Notes under the pieces: generated by a model
The model's database searches: none
Seen by the model: only the letters and a program-made list of their open reading frames with translations
Told to the model about the DNA's origin: nothing
In this document: piece by piece, positions 20,044-32,400 of the stretch
How positions within the stretch are numbered: the stretch's first letter is position 1
Layout of the letters: the number at the start of each line of letters is the position of its first letter
From: an uncultured Spirochaetota bacterium
Lineage (GTDB): Bacteria > Spirochaetota > Spirochaetia > SZUA-6 > Fen-1364
Direction: 5' to 3'
Length of the DNA stretch: 64,000 nt
Assembly: GCA_963781885.1 (NCBI GenBank)
Contig: CAWAHW010000001.1
Coordinates: 576,001 to 640,000, forward strand
Made by a program: the position numbers and the translations under genes

Positions 20044-22554
20044 ATGCAAAACGCCAATTCAAGAGTATTGTCCATGGTTGGAGATCCCCAGTTCACTGCC
20101 TCGAGACAGCAGCACTGTCTCTCTGCCGCGCGAATTGCGGCGTTTTGCATATTCATCGCCGGAGCGTGCGGAATCGTGGGGTGGATCGGCGATATCATGC
20201 CCCTCGCCCAGCCGTCCCCGCTCCTTGCCCCCATGTCACTCGTCACGGCCATGCTTCTCTGCCTGGTGGCAATCGCGCTCGTCATGCGGAGTTTTGCCCG
20301 CAGCAATTTGCTGCGCGGCGGCTCGCTCCTCATCGGGCTTGTCGTCTGCGCCATCGGTCTCTGGACGCTGAAGGCCTATTCATTTGGCGGCGGGCTGCCA
20401 TTCGACACGTGGCTCGCCGACCGCAGCCTCGCCGCAAGCCTGGGCCACCGCCTCAACCGCATGTCCCCGGTCTCGGGGATTTGTTTCGCCTTGTTCGGGG
20501 CCGCCTCCTGTCTCGGCATTCCCTCGCGGCGCGGAAGCAGTGCCGCCCTGCAGATCCTGGCAGCCGCGGGTGTCCTGATCTCCCTGGTCTCGCTCATTGG
20601 GTATCTCTACAGCATCGCCTCCCTGGTCTCCCTGGCCGACTACAAGCCGATCGCGCCCCAGAGCGCTCTTGCCTTTCTCTTCTGCTTCGTTGCGCTCTTC
20701 CTTTCCTCGCCCGACAAGGGCGTCATGGCGACGATCCTGAGCGACGAGCTGGGCGGCATCCTCGCGCGGCGACTCCTCGTGTTCGTGTTCATCCTCCCCG
20801 TGCTGCTGGGCGGCATCGCATCCGCAGGGCTGCGCCTTGGAGTCCTCACCGGCCCGACGAGCATCTTCTTCCTGACCGCCTCCACGGACCTGAGCCTTGC
20901 GGGGCTTCTCCTTTTCAATGCGTTCACCATCAACCGGTCCGAGCAGGGACGCCGCGGCGCCCAGAAGTCCCTCATGGAGTCCGAGCGGGCCTACCGCGCG
21001 CTCTTCGAGAACGCGGCGGACCCGATGTTCCTCGTGAGCCGGGACCTCGTCGTGCAGGAGGCAAACACGGCGGCCGCTGCCAGCCTCGGCCGGCCGGCGC
21101 CCCTCATGCGGGGCTCGCACTTCACCGATCTCGCCTGCACTGCGGACGTCGGGAGGAAGCTGCAGAACGCGTTCGTGGGACAGGAGGCATCCTTCGAGGT
21201 CTGCGCCCACGCCGCCGACGGCCACGACGTTCCCCTGGAGGTGCGGGCCCGCGAGGTGGAGTTTCGCGGTGCGCCGACCGTCCTCATCATTGCGCGCGAC
21301 CTGAGCGAGCGCCGCCGGGCGGACCGGGCCCTCGCGGAGAAGGAGGCGCTGCTCCAGCAGGCGCAGAAGATGGAAGCCATCGGCCGCCTGGCGGGCGGCG
21401 TTGCGCACGACTTCAACAACCTGCTCACGGTGATCATGGGCTACTCGGAGCTCCTCATGGGCAAGCTAGGGCCGTCACACGAGGGGCATCCCGACGCCAT
21501 GGAGATCAAGATGTGCGCCGGCCGCGCCGCGGCCCTCACCCGTCAGCTCCTGGCCTTCAGCAGGCGTCAGCCCAATGCCCCGCGCTCCGTCGACGTGAAC
21601 GGCATCGTGCGGGAGATGACGCCGCTCCTCGGCAGGCTGCTTGGGGAGAAGATCTCACTCGACGTACAGTTGCATGCCCATCAGTCCTGCATCCGCATCG
21701 ACCCGAACCAGCTCGAGCAGATCGTCCTTAATCTCGCCGTCAACGCGCGCGACGCCATGCCGGACGGCGGCACCCTTATCATCGAAAGCGCGGAACGGAG
21801 CGTGGCCGGGGAGATCCTGCCGCTCTCCCCCGCGCCCCCGGACGGCGCGTACGTGGAGCTGGCGGTGCACGATACGGGGACCGGCATTCCCGCCGAGGTG
21901 CAGCCGCACATCTTCGAGCCCTTCTACACGACGAAGACCGAGGGGCAGGGAACGGGGCTGGGGCTCTCCACCGTCTACGGGATCGTCACGCAGAACAACG
22001 GCACCATTGGCGTGCAGTCGTCGTCGGCCGGCACGACGATGCGTCTCTTGTTCCCCCTCATGGCGGCGGCGGAGGACGAGCCGCTCTCCCCGCCGGGAAG
22101 GACGTCTCCGGCGGTGCAGCCCACCAGCGCGCTTCTGCTCGTGGAGGATGAGTCCTGCGTGCGCCAGTATCTTGCCGCCGGTCTGCGGCGCGAGGGATAC
22201 GCCGTCCTGGAGGCCTGCTCGGGGGAGGAGGCGCTGCGCCTGGCAGGCTCCTTCGGCGGTTCGATCGACGTCGTGGTCTCCGACGTGGTCATGCCGGGGA
22301 TTGGCGGGCGTCGCCTGGCCGACGAGCTGGTCCGCAGGCTCCCGCGCGCGCGCATCCTCTTCATGTCCGGCTATGACCGCGACGAGGGGGAGGAGGCGGA
22401 CCGCTTGTGCGGCGGTTTCGACCTGATCGGCAAGCCGTTCACGGCGGCCGAGCTCGTGGAACGGATCGGAAAACTGGAAAAAAACGAGCCCGCGGCATCT
22501 GCCGCAGGCTTGAAGGACGCGATCCAGGGCGGGCCGTCCGCCGCTTCTGTCTGA
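20044..22554 (+). CDS. multi-TM PAS hybrid sensor histidine kinase/receiver
   Basis: several TM helices, [38 protein letters not shown], receiver LLVEDE...SDVVMPG...MSGY...KPF. Confidence 0.9.
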   Translation: MQNANSRVLSMVGDPQFTASRQQHCLSAARIAAFCIFIAGACGIVGWIGDIMPLAQPSPLLAPMSLVTAMLLCLVAIALVMRSFARSNLLRGGSLLIGLVVCAIGLWTLKAYSFGGGLPFDTWLADRSLAASLGHRLNRMSPVSGICFALFGAASCLGIPSRRGSSAALQILAAAGVLISLVSLIGYLYSIASLVSLADYKPIAPQSALAFLFCFVALFLSSPDKGVMATILSDELGGILARRLLVFVFILPVLLGGIASAGLRLGVLTGPTSIFFLTASTDLSLAGLLLFNAFTINRSEQGRRGAQKSLMESERAYRALFENAADPMFLVSRDLVVQEANTAAAASLGRPAPLMRGSHFTDLACTADVGRKLQNAFVGQEASFEVCAHAADGHDVPLEVRAREVEFRGAPTVLIIARDLSERRRADRALAEKEALLQQAQKMEAIGRLAGGVAHDFNNLLTVIMGYSELLMGKLGPSHEGHPDAMEIKMCAGRAAALTRQLLAFSRRQPNAPRSVDVNGIVREMTPLLGRLLGEKISLDVQLHAHQSCIRIDPNQLEQIVLNLAVNARDAMPDGGTLIIESAERSVAGEILPLSPAPPDGAYVELAVHDTGTGIPAEVQPHIFEPFYTTKTEGQGTGLGLSTVYGIVTQNNGTIGVQSSSAGTTMRLLFPLMAAAEDEPLSPPGRTSPAVQPTSALLLVEDESCVRQYLAAGLRREGYAVLEACSGEEALRLAGSFGGSIDVVVSDVVMPGIGGRRLADELVRRLPRARILFMSGYDRDEGEEADRLCGGFDLIGKPFTAAELVERIGKLEKNEPAASAAGLKDAIQGGPSAASV

Positions 22555-22576
22555 CATCAGTTTGAGGAGGATATCC

Positions 22577-24592
22577 ATGTTCAAGAATCTGCGTTTCGGC
22601 GTGAAGATCGGCGGTGGCTTCGCCATCATACTCTGTCTCCTGGGGTTCGTCGCCGCCATGGGCTATGTCGGGCTCCGCCAGGTCCAGCGCACGACGGTGG
22701 GCATGAAGGCGGCGAAGGACATCTCCAGCGACATCCTCGAAGCCCGGCGCGAGGAGAAGAACTTCATCATCCGCGGAGGTCAGAGCTACATCGACCTCGT
22801 TGCGACGGCCGTGAAGAGCCTGAACGCCTCCCAGGCCGTGCTCGTTGGCAGCGGTCTCACCGGGACGGAATTGACCCAGGCGAACGCGATCCGCCAGGCA
22901 TCGAAGGACTACGAGACGGCATTCGCCACGTACGTCACGACGTTCAATACGGTTGCCGACTCGACGGCGCTGTGGAAGAAGACCGGCAACCAGCTTGTGG
23001 AGTACCTGCGGCCCGCGCCGGGCCCGGTCGCGGAGGGGTGCCTGACGCTGCGGCTGGCGGCTGTCTACTTCCTGAAGGACCGTACCGCGGACGAATGGAA
23101 GACCTTCCAAAGCGCGGCGGCGGACTTCCAGCCCGTCCTCATGCGTTGGATCGACGCGACAAAGAGAGGCATCGACGGCCCCGGCATCGCGCAGAGCTTC
23201 CAGGACTACCTGAAGCTCGGCGACCAGATGAACGACCTCTTTGCCCAGCAGGCCGATCTCGACACCGCCCTGGTGAATGCCGGCAGGGTCGTCATCGACA
23301 ACGCGTCAAAGGTCGACGGCGCGCTGGACAAGGCCACGACGCAGATCACGACGCTTTCCGTCCTCCTCATACTCGCGTCGGCAGGCGGTGCGCTCCTCAT
23401 CGGCATCCTGCTTGCCTTTGTCCTGACGCTCGGCATCACCCGGCCGGTGCGCCGCGCCGTGCACTTTGCCGGCCTCCTCTCCTCCTGCGACTTCACCTCG
23501 ACGCTGGACATGCGGCAGAAGGACGAGATGGGCGACCTTGCCGTGAGCCTCAACGACATCTCCGTGCGGCTGCGCGCGATGTGCACGAGCATCACGGACA
23601 GCGCGGAACAGGTGTCGGCGAGCAGCACGCAGATCGCGGCGAGCGCGCAGATGCTCGCCACTGGCTCGCAGAGCCAGGCGTCGGCCATCGAGGAGACCAG
23701 CGCCGCCGTCCAGGAGCTCACCGCGTCGGTGGAGCAGGTCGCCGAGCATGCCCAGGCGCAAGCCGCGTCGGGCGAGCAGGGATCCACGGCCATCACCCAG
23801 GTGCGCACTTCTATAGAAGAGATATCCAGGAGTCTTTCGGGCATCGCGAGCCTCGCCTCCCAGTCCGTGGAGAAATCCGTGGAGGGCGCGCAGGCGGTGC
23901 AGAAGGTCGTGGAAGCGATCACCCAGATCTCCAGCGGCTCCGACAAGATCGCGGGCATCGTTACCGTGATCTCCGACATCGCCGACCAGACCAACCTGCT
24001 CGCGCTGAACGCTTCCATCGAGGCGGCGCGCGCCGGCGAGCACGGCCGGGGCTTCGCGGTCGTCGCCGAGGAGGTGAGCAAGCTCGCCGACCGCAGCGCC
24101 TCCTCCACGAAGGAGATCGCGAATCTCATCAAGGAAAGCGTGCGCAACGTCACGAGCGGCGTGCAGATCGCCGAGGGATCGCATCTTGCCATGGAGCAGA
24201 TCGCCGCCTCCTCCCGGCAGGTGAAGACCATGATCGTGGATCTCTCCGCCTCCATGGATCAGCAGGTGACCGCGTTGAAGGACCTCGTGTCCGCGATCGA
24301 GAACATCAGCGAGATGAGCCAGAGCATTTCCGCGGCGACCGAGGAGCAGTCGACGAACTCGAAGGAGGTCGCGAAGGCCATGGAGAACGTGAGCGACCTG
24401 ACCCAGAGCGCCGCCTCTGCGGCGGAGGAGATGTCCGCCTCCACGGAGCAGCTCATGGCGATGTCGAAACAGCTGCGCGGCATGATCTCCGGCTTCAAGA
24501 TCCACGCGGCGGCGGGCAACGGCGGCAATGGCTCCGACCTGCGCCTCGTGCGCGCCGACGAGCATCCGGCGCTCGCGCGGCCCGCGGTCTAG
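22577..24592 (+). CDS. methyl-accepting chemotaxis protein
   Basis: 2 [39 protein letters not shown]; RBS GAGGAGG. Confidence 0.93.
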   Translation: MFKNLRFGVKIGGGFAIILCLLGFVAAMGYVGLRQVQRTTVGMKAAKDISSDILEARREEKNFIIRGGQSYIDLVATAVKSLNASQAVLVGSGLTGTELTQANAIRQASKDYETAFATYVTTFNTVADSTALWKKTGNQLVEYLRPAPGPVAEGCLTLRLAAVYFLKDRTADEWKTFQSAAADFQPVLMRWIDATKRGIDGPGIAQSFQDYLKLGDQMNDLFAQQADLDTALVNAGRVVIDNASKVDGALDKATTQITTLSVLLILASAGGALLIGILLAFVLTLGITRPVRRAVHFAGLLSSCDFTSTLDMRQKDEMGDLAVSLNDISVRLRAMCTSITDSAEQVSASSTQIAASAQMLATGSQSQASAIEETSAAVQELTASVEQVAEHAQAQAASGEQGSTAITQVRTSIEEISRSLSGIASLASQSVEKSVEGAQAVQKVVEAITQISSGSDKIAGIVTVISDIADQTNLLALNASIEAARAGEHGRGFAVVAEEVSKLADRSASSTKEIANLIKESVRNVTSGVQIAEGSHLAMEQIAASSRQVKTMIVDLSASMDQQVTALKDLVSAIENISEMSQSISAATEEQSTNSKEVAKAMENVSDLTQSAASAAEEMSASTEQLMAMSKQLRGMISGFKIHAAAGNGGNGSDLRLVRADEHPALARPAV

Positions 24593-24600
24593 GAGTGGTC

Positions 24601-25428
24601 ATGTCGACAAGCGCCCGTCGGCTGCTCCTGGCCTTTCTCTCCTTTGCCCGGGAATGCAGCGGGTGCGCGGCGGGCGGCGTCAGGCTCCGGTCCGGTCAGG
24701 GTTTTCCTTACTGGCAGACGGCAGGTTTTCCTTCCTTCTTTGCGGCTGCGGAGAATCCGCGGTGCGGATTCTCCGACGGCCGCGTTACCGTCGGTGACGC
24801 CGGGGAGATCCCGACGTGCCGCTGCATCTGCGGCGTCGTGCTTCGCCGGGAATGCGACCCCGGTCTTTCCTATTGCACCGCGCACGGCAGCTTCTGGAGC
24901 AACAGCCTGAGCGAGCTTCTTACCGCCGTCTTCGACCAGGAGGACGGCATCTGGGTCCGCAACCGCTGCACGCAGGCGGGCTACGAATCGATGGCGCTCA
25001 TTCCCCTTGCGCGGGGGAACGCGGTCGTCGGCATCCTGCAATTGAACGATCGCGCGAAGAACAAGTTCACCCCGGAGCTGCTCTCTTTCCTGGAAGAGGC
25101 GGCGCGTCGCGTCGCCGAGCAGCTGGCGTCACTCCCGCGCGAAGCGGCCGTCGGCGTGGACTTCCGCTGTCCCGCGCCGGCTTCCGACCGGGAGGACCCG
25201 GTGGGCGCGCTTGCCGCGGGGGTGGCCCACAACCTCAACAACCTCCTCACGCCCGTGCTCGGCTATTCGCAGCTTCTCATGGACACGATGGAGCCGGGCA
25301 GCGACGCGCGGCGGCAGGTCGCCCAGATCCACCGGGCCGCCGAAAGGTCGCGGAGCTTCGTCCAGCAGCTCCTCGTCTACGGGCAGCGGGAGTCCCTCCT
25401 GACGGAGTCCACCGACCCGTTATCTTGA
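24601..25428 (+). CDS. Cys-rich GAF-like domain + DHp (HisKA), no HATPase domain
   Basis: CRCICG...GSFWSN...RNRC..AGYESMALIPL..VGILQLND; LAAGVAHNLNNLLTPVLGY; stop right after the DHp; AGGAG RBS. Confidence 0.7.
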   Translation: MSTSARRLLLAFLSFARECSGCAAGGVRLRSGQGFPYWQTAGFPSFFAAAENPRCGFSDGRVTVGDAGEIPTCRCICGVVLRRECDPGLSYCTAHGSFWSNSLSELLTAVFDQEDGIWVRNRCTQAGYESMALIPLARGNAVVGILQLNDRAKNKFTPELLSFLEEAARRVAEQLASLPREAAVGVDFRCPAPASDREDPVGALAAGVAHNLNNLLTPVLGYSQLLMDTMEPGSDARRQVAQIHRAAERSRSFVQQLLVYGQRESLLTESTDPLS

Positions 25429-25453
25429 CACCTTCCGGCGCCCTACGTACCTT
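25425..25453 (+). promoter_or_regulatory. sigma-70 promoter of the GNAT-amidohydrolase unit
   Basis: TTGACA (25425-30), 17 bp, TACCTT (25448-53). Confidence 0.55.
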
Positions 25454-25486
25454 CATGACACACTCCTGACATGAAAGGGGACGCGG

Positions 25487-26598
25487 ATGCCGGTCACCAT
25501 TGAACGGGTCGCGACGAAAAAGCAGCTCAAAGAGTTCGTGCAGCTCCCTTACACTCTCTACAGGAACGATCCCAACTGGGTGCCTCAGCTTCGGACGGAC
25601 GATCTCAAGAAGCTGGACAAGAAGCGGCACCCCTTCTGGCAGCACGCGGCGGGTGAGTTCTTTCTCGCGCGCGTGGACGGGAAAGTCACGGGCAGGATCG
25701 CCGCCATCCACGACAGGATCTGGGAAGAGACGCACCACGAGAAGGCGGCCTATTGGGGCTGGTTCGAGTGCGTGAACGACGTCGAGGCGGCACGCGCCTT
25801 GTTCGACGCCGCAGACGAGTGGGCGCGGGCGCGCGGCTGCGTGCGCATCATCGGGCCCATGACGCCGAACGCCAACGACTTCATCGGCACCCAGATCGAG
25901 GGCTTCGAAGGATCGCCCGCCATCATGATGCCGTACAACGGGACGTACTATGATGCGATCATCCAGGCCTGCGGCAACACCAAGTGGAAGGACCTCGTCG
26001 CGTGGCTGATGGACAACCCCGAGATCCCGAGCGTCTGGCCCGCATCATGCCCCGGGTGGAGGCCAAGGGGGGATTTAAGATCCGCACCCTCAACATGAGG
26101 GATTTCAACCGGGAGTACGACCGGTTCCAGGAGCTGTACAACCAGTTCGAGCAGGTGAACGCCGTCTTCACCCCCATGACGCCGCCGGAAATGGCGATGG
26201 TCGCCAAGGACCTGAAGATGGCCCTGGATCCGGACCTCGTGTTTTTTGCGGAAGTGGATGGAAAGCCGGTGGGGGTGTCCCTCACCATGCCGGACTTCAA
26301 CGTCGCCTACAAGGCGGCCAAGGGACGGCTCTTCCCCTTCGGGCTCTTCTACCTGCTCACGGGGAAGCGCCGCACTCATCTCGTGCGGACGCTCAGCATG
26401 GGCGTGCTGAAGGACTACCGGAACCGCGGCATCGACCTTGCCTTCTACTATTACAGTTACAAGAACGGGGTGCCCAAGGGCTACACCGCCGCGGAGATGT
26501 CCTGGGTGGAGGAAGACAACACCGCCATGACCAACACCGCGCTGAAGCTCGGCGGCAAGCCCTATCGCAAGTACAGGGTCTACGAGCGCGTCCTGTAG
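25487..26598 (+). CDS. YghO-like GNAT N-acetyltransferase; frameshift at ~26025
   Basis: LYRNDPNWVP, GRIAA, WGWFEC, MMPYN in frame 1; PDFN, MGVLKDYRNRG, EMSWVEEDN, KYRVYE in frame 2. Confidence 0.82.
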
Positions 26599-28170
26599 AT
26601 GTCCGATCTTCTCCTCGTCAACGGCATCGTCCATACGATGGATCCCGCGCGGCCGCGTGCCACTGCGGTGGCCATGCGCGGCGGGCATTTTCTTTTTGTC
26701 GGGGATGACGCCGCCGCGCGGGCCGCATGCGCCGGCACGCCCCACGTGATCGACCTCCGGGGCGCCTGCGTCCTGCCCGGCCTCACCGACGCCCACCTTC
26801 ATTTCCGCTGGTACGCCGAGGCGCTCCATGCGGTGGACGTGGAAACCCCGACGCTGGAGGAGGCCATGGCGCGCGTGGCGGCCCGCGCCGAGACGGCGCC
26901 GCCCGGGGCATGGATCACGGGGTCGGGATGGAACCACAACGTCTGGGGCGCCGGAGCCCTCCCGGACCTGCGGCCTCTGGACAGGGCGGCGCCGCGGAAT
27001 CCGGTGGCCCTGAAGGCCAAGAACGGCCACGCCTTCTGGGTCAACTCCCTCGCGCTCCAGCAGGCGGGCATCAGGCTGGACACGCCCGATCCAGAGGGCG
27101 GAAAGATCGCGCATGGCCGCGACGGGCTGCCGTCGGGCATCCTGCTGGAAAACGCGATGGACATCGTCCAGGCAGTGGTTCCGCGGCCTTCAACACCCGA
27201 GCTTGCCGCGATGATGCGCGCCGCGCAGGCCGCGGTGCACCGCCTTGGTCTCACGGGCATCCACGATTTCGACAGCTCGCTGGCGATGCGCGCGTTCCAG
27301 GAGCTGCTCGGCCGCGGCGAGCTTCGCCTGCGCGTGGTCAAGGGCATTCCACAAGAGGATCTGGGCGCCGCGATCGACCTCGGCCTGCGCACGGGCTTCG
27401 GCGGAGATCTGCTCACCATCGGCGCCGTGAAGATGTTCGCCGACGGGGCGCTGGGGCCGCAGACCGCATGGATGCTTGCCCCGTATGAGGGAAGCTGGTC
27501 GACCGGCATCGGCAGGCTCACCGAGGAGCAGATGGTGGCGGACATCAGCCGCGCGAACGCCGCCGGCATCTGGTGCGCCATCCATGCCATCGGCGACGCG
27601 GCCTGCCACGTCGTGCTCGACGCGTACGGGCGCGCGGGCACGGCCGGGTGCCGCAACCGCATCGAGCACGTCCAGCTCCTGCACCCTGACGACATCGCGC
27701 GCCTGGCCCGGCAGGGCGTCATCGCATCGATGCAGCCCGTGCACGCCACCTCCGACATGCTCATCGCGGACCGCTACTGGGGCGGCCGCTGCGCGGGCGC
27801 CTACGCGTGGAAGTCCCTCCTGGACAGCGGTGCGGCACTGGCCTTCGGATCCGACTGTCCCGTGGAGTCCCCCGATCCTCTTGCCGGCATCCACGCCGCG
27901 GTGACGCGTCGGCGGCCGGACGGCAGCCCCGGCCCTGGCGGATGGAGGCCCGCGCAGCGCGTGAGCGTCGCACAGGCCGTGCACGCCTATACGCTGGGCG
28001 CCGCCTTTGCCGCGGGGCGCGAGGCGAGCCTCGGCTCGATACAGCCGGGCAAGCTTGCCGACCTCACGATCCTTTCTGAGGACATCTTCGCCGTCGATCC
28101 GCACGAGATACGCGCCGTGCCGGTGCGGGCGACCATGGTCGGCGGCACTTTCGTCCACGGGGAGCCCTGA
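26599..28170 (+). CDS. YtcJ-like amidohydrolase 3
   Basis: PGLTDAHLH, GHAFWVNS, KMFADGALG, HAIGD, RIEHVQ, FGSDCPV, GKLAD. Confidence 0.9.
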   Translation: MSDLLLVNGIVHTMDPARPRATAVAMRGGHFLFVGDDAAARAACAGTPHVIDLRGACVLPGLTDAHLHFRWYAEALHAVDVETPTLEEAMARVAARAETAPPGAWITGSGWNHNVWGAGALPDLRPLDRAAPRNPVALKAKNGHAFWVNSLALQQAGIRLDTPDPEGGKIAHGRDGLPSGILLENAMDIVQAVVPRPSTPELAAMMRAAQAAVHRLGLTGIHDFDSSLAMRAFQELLGRGELRLRVVKGIPQEDLGAAIDLGLRTGFGGDLLTIGAVKMFADGALGPQTAWMLAPYEGSWSTGIGRLTEEQMVADISRANAAGIWCAIHAIGDAACHVVLDAYGRAGTAGCRNRIEHVQLLHPDDIARLARQGVIASMQPVHATSDMLIADRYWGGRCAGAYAWKSLLDSGAALAFGSDCPVESPDPLAGIHAAVTRRRPDGSPGPGGWRPAQRVSVAQAVHAYTLGAAFAAGREASLGSIQPGKLADLTILSEDIFAVDPHEIRAVPVRATMVGGTFVHGEP

Positions 28171-28221
28171 GCCGGCCGCGTGCTTCTCCCGGCACGGCGC
28201 CCGTGCTACAGTGGCCGCGGA

Positions 28222-28854
28222 ATGTCGGTTGCCAGTGAGCTTTTCACCATCTTCCTCGCCGTCTTCATCGTGGTCGATCCCTTTGGCATTGTCCCTGTCT
28301 TCATCTCCCTCACGGGCAGCTTCTCCGCGCGCAAGCGGCGCGCCACGGTGCTCAAAGCGACCATCGTCGCCTTTATCGTCTTGTGCCTCTTCATTTTCAC
28401 GGGGAACGCCATCCTGCGCTTCCTCGGCATCCAACCCGGCTCCTTCTTCATCGCCGGCGGCATCCTCATGTTCATCATCTCCATCGACCTGCTCCTGGGA
28501 CGGCAGGGCAGGACAAAGACGTCCGGCACCGAGGGGGACGAGGAGCGCGAGGACGTCTCCATTTTTCCGCTCGCCATCCCGATGCTCGCCGGGCCCGGCG
28601 CCATCACCACCGTTCTGCTCTACGTGAGCGAGGATCGGGTGTCCGGTTTCATTTTCCCCGCGCTCGTGGGATCGGTGGCGCTCACCCTTGCTTTCGCCGC
28701 GCTCACCATGCTCCTCAGCAGCTTCTTCCTCCGCGTGCTGGGAAAGACAGGGGTGTCGGTGATCGAGCGCATCATGGGCATCGTGCTCACGGGGCTTTCC
28801 GTCCAGTTCGTCTACGACGGTCTCCTGAAGCTGGGGGTCCTCGCGGCGCGGTAG
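28222..28854 (+). CDS. MarC family membrane protein
   Basis: IVVDPFG, FFIAGGIL, FPLAIPMLAGPGAI, ERIMG. Confidence 0.9.
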   Translation: MSVASELFTIFLAVFIVVDPFGIVPVFISLTGSFSARKRRATVLKATIVAFIVLCLFIFTGNAILRFLGIQPGSFFIAGGILMFIISIDLLLGRQGRTKTSGTEGDEEREDVSIFPLAIPMLAGPGAITTVLLYVSEDRVSGFIFPALVGSVALTLAFAALTMLLSSFFLRVLGKTGVSVIERIMGIVLTGLSVQFVYDGLLKLGVLAAR

Positions 28855-28902
28855 CCCGCGCGGCGCCTTGAGCACGCCGCCGTCCCAATGCTACAAGAGG
28901 GC

Positions 28903-29376
28903 ATGCCTGCAGCAGACCTTTCCCATTACCGTTATCGCGGCGCGAGGGCCCTCGTGCTGCTCCATGAGCGCGCCCTGCGCGCGTATCTTGTGACCTGGCG
29001 GCGTGCCCGCGCGGCCGGCGTGAAGCTTCCCGCCACGGAAGACCCCAACTATGCCTCCCTCCAGACCCTGCTCGTGCACGGCCTGCGGGCGGCGCGAAAC
29101 TACATGACGTGGCTCTGCGAGAAGCTCGGCCTGCCCGACCCGGGCATCGACGAGCCCCCGACGCCGGAAAAGGTGGAGGCGGAGGCGGAGCGTTACGTCG
29201 CGCACCTTCTGGCCCGGTGGAGACTTCCCCTTGCCGACGTGGAGGAGTCGCGGTTCACCGCCGTTCACAAGTCACGATGGGGCGAGGACATGAGCCTGGA
29301 GGGCATGCTCGAGCACGCGGCCATGCATCCGCAGAGGCATGGCTTCCAGCTCGAAGAGCTGATGGAGAAGCCATAG
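28903..29376 (+). CDS. DinB/YfiT-like protein
   Basis: LLVHGL...MLEHAAMHPQRH histidine arrangement. Confidence 0.65.
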   Translation: MPAADLSHYRYRGARALVLLHERALRAYLVTWRRARAAGVKLPATEDPNYASLQTLLVHGLRAARNYMTWLCEKLGLPDPGIDEPPTPEKVEAEAERYVAHLLARWRLPLADVEESRFTAVHKSRWGEDMSLEGMLEHAAMHPQRHGFQLEELMEKP

Positions 29377-29426
29377 TCGCGCACCGCTCCGCCGGGCTCG
29401 ACCCGGCGGGCCCGGCCACGGCCCAA

Positions 29427-32400
29427 TCAGCTCGCCCGCTGCGAAAGGAATCCTGCGAGGAAGCGCGCCGTATAAGACCCTGACCGCACGCGCGCGACCT
29501 GCGCCGGCGTGCCCTGCGCCACGATCCTGCCGCCCCCGTCGCCGCCTTCCGGCCCCAGGTCGATGATCCAGTCAGCCTCCGCGATGATGTCGAGATTGTG
29601 CTCGATGACGACCACGGTGTTTCCGGCATCCACGAGCCTGTGCAGCACGCGGATCAGCTTCTCCACGTCGGCCATGTGCAGACCGATTGTGGGCTCGTCC
29701 AGGACGTACAGCGAGCGCAGCGGCTTCTGCGCGAATCTTCCCCCGCCGTCCTTTTCCACGGCGGCCTGCGCGACGGCTTCCTCTTCCGGCACGCGCGCCT
29801 TTGCAAGCTCCGTGACCAGCTTGATGCGCTGCGCCTCGCCGCCGCTCAGGGACGGGCTCTGCTGTCCGAGCGTAAGGTAGCCCAGGCCGACCTGCTGGAG
29901 AAGCCGCAGCGCGTGGCGGATGCCCGGATGAAAGTCGAAATAGACAACCGCCTCGTCCACGCTCATGGCCAGGACCTCGGCGATGCTCTTGTCCCTGAAC
30001 CGGACCGCGAGCGTCTCCGGGTTGAATCGCGCGCCGCGGCAGGCGTCGCAGGGCACCGTGACGTCGGGCAGGAAGCTCATCTCGATCTTCTTCATGCCCT
30101 GGCCTTCGCACTCCTCGCACCGGCCGCCGGTGACGTTGAAAGAGAACCTGCTTCCCGTGTAGCCGCGCAAGCGCGCCTCGGAGGTTGCGGCGAAAAGTTT
30201 TCGGATGTCGTCCCAAATCCCCACATAGGTCGCCGGGCAGGATCGCGGGGTCTTGCCGATCGGCGTCTGGTCCACCTCCAGCGTGCGCGCGATGCTTTGC
30301 CAACCGTCCAGGCCGGCGCATCCATGCAGCGGGGCATCCCGGGCGCGGCGCTTCCCGGCCAGAAGGTGGCGCACGTTCTCATAGAGGATGTTGCGCACGA
30401 GCGTGCTCTTGCCGCTGCCGCTCACGCCCGTGACGCAGGTGAGCCTGCCGACGGGGATCTGCACGTCCAGGCCGTCGAGGTTGTGCAGACGCGCGCCGCG
30501 CACGGTGATCGGGGGGCTGTCGGCAGGCCGCTCGCGGCGCCCGCCCGTCACCAGCGGGTGCAGGAGCGGATGCGTGAGGAACCGGCCTGTCATGGACGCG
30601 CGGCTGCGCATGATCGCGGCGACGGTGCCCTGGGCCACGACGTGGCCGCCGTTTACGCCGCCCCCCGGCCCCAGGTCAACGACGTGCGCGGCCCTGCGGA
30701 TGGTCTCCTCGTCGTGCTCCACGACAATGACGGTGTTGCCCTTGGCGCGGAGCGCCTCCAGCGTGTCCAGCAGCACAAGGTTGTCGCGCGCGTGCAGGCC
30801 GATGGTCGGCTCGTCGAGGATGTAGCAGACCCCGCGCAGGTTCGACCCGAGCTGCGACGCCAGGCGTATGCGCTGCGCCTCCCCGCCGCTCAGCGTCGGC
30901 GCCGACCTGTCCAGCGCGATGTAGGAAAGCCCCACGCTCTGCAGGAACGCCAGGCGCGAGACGATCTCCGCGACGATGTCCCGCGCGATCTCTCCCTCAC
31001 GGAGAGAGAGGCGCAGCCCCTTCATCTGCTTCATGAGCTCCACGACCGGGAGCTTCGTATAGCCCGAGATGGGGCGATCGCGGAACCGAACGGCAAGGGC
31101 TTCCGGCCGCAGGCGCTCGCCGTTGCAGACCGGGCACGTCTTCTCGGGGCCGCCCCACCAGTCGTTCCACCAGATCTCCTCCCCCGTCTGCTCGGCGTCG
31201 AAACCGGAAAGATGAAGACCCGTTCCATAGCACGCAGGGCACCACCCATGCCGCGAGTTGTAGGAGAAGAGCCGGGGGTCGAGCTCCTCGAAGCTCCTGC
31301 CGCACTTCGGGCAGGCGCGCCGGGTGGAGAAGACCGTCTCCTTTGCGGGCCTTTCGCGCGCGTCTCTGCCACGACGCGTATCGCGCCCTTGCCGAAGTCC
31401 AGGCCCCGCGTCAGGAGCTCACGGAGGACACGCTCGCGGTCCGCCGAGACCCGCTCGCGTCCGACGGGAAGCTCGATGGTATGCTCCTTGAATCGGTCCA
31501 ACCGGGGCCAGGCCGCCGTGGGCAAAAGCTCGCCGTCCACGCGCAAGTGCTCGAAGCCCTTTGCCGCGGCCCAGGCGGCAAGGTCCGTGTAGTAGCCCTT
31601 GCGCGCCGTGATGAGCGGGGCGAGCACGAGGATCCGTTTCTCCCGATAGTCCCTGAGCACGCGCGCGGCGATTGCGTCCGGCGTCTGTGACTGGATGGGA
31701 AGACCGCAATCGGGGCAGTGCTGGATGCCCAGCTTCACGAAGAGGAGGCGGAGGAAGGGATAGATCTCGGTGAGTGTTGCAACGGTGCTCTTGCGGCCGC
31801 CGCGGCTCGTGCGCTGCTCGATTGCCACCGTCGGGGGAACGCCGTAGACGCCGTCCACGTCCGGTCTGCTCGCCGGCTGCACGAACTGCCGCGCGTACGC
31901 GTTCAGGGACTCCAGGTAGCGGCGCTGGCCCTCGGCAAAGAGGATGTCGAAAGCGATGGTGCTCTTCCCGCTCCCGCTCACGCCCGTGATGACGCTGAGC
32001 GAGTCGCGCGGCAGGGAGAGGTCGATGTTCTTGAGGTTGTGCTCGCGGGCGTGCCGGATGACGATGGCGTTGTCGGTGACGCCGGGCATCGCGTGCTCCG
32101 CCGCGTGCCGCGCGCGGCCCGAAACGCCCGTCTTTGCCCGCAGCCCCTTGAACGCGGCCAGCCCCGAGCTGCGCAGCGCCGCGCCCGTGCGGCTCTCCTT
32201 CACGGCCGCCACGTCCTTTGGCGTGCCCGCGCACACGATCCTGCCGCCCTCTTCGCCCCCCTCGGGTCCCATATCGATGATCCAGTCGGAGGCGCGTATC
32301 ACGTCGAGATTGTGCTCGATGACGATCACGGAGTGGCCGGCTTCGACGAGGCGCCGGAATGCCCCCAGCAGCGTGGCGATGTCGTGGAAATGCAGACCCG

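Noticed and set aside
22972-24600. N-terminal 543 codons of the 818-aa ORF 22972..25428
   Set aside because: Off-frame overlap with the MCP gene; only 24601-25428 has an RBS and recognisable domains.
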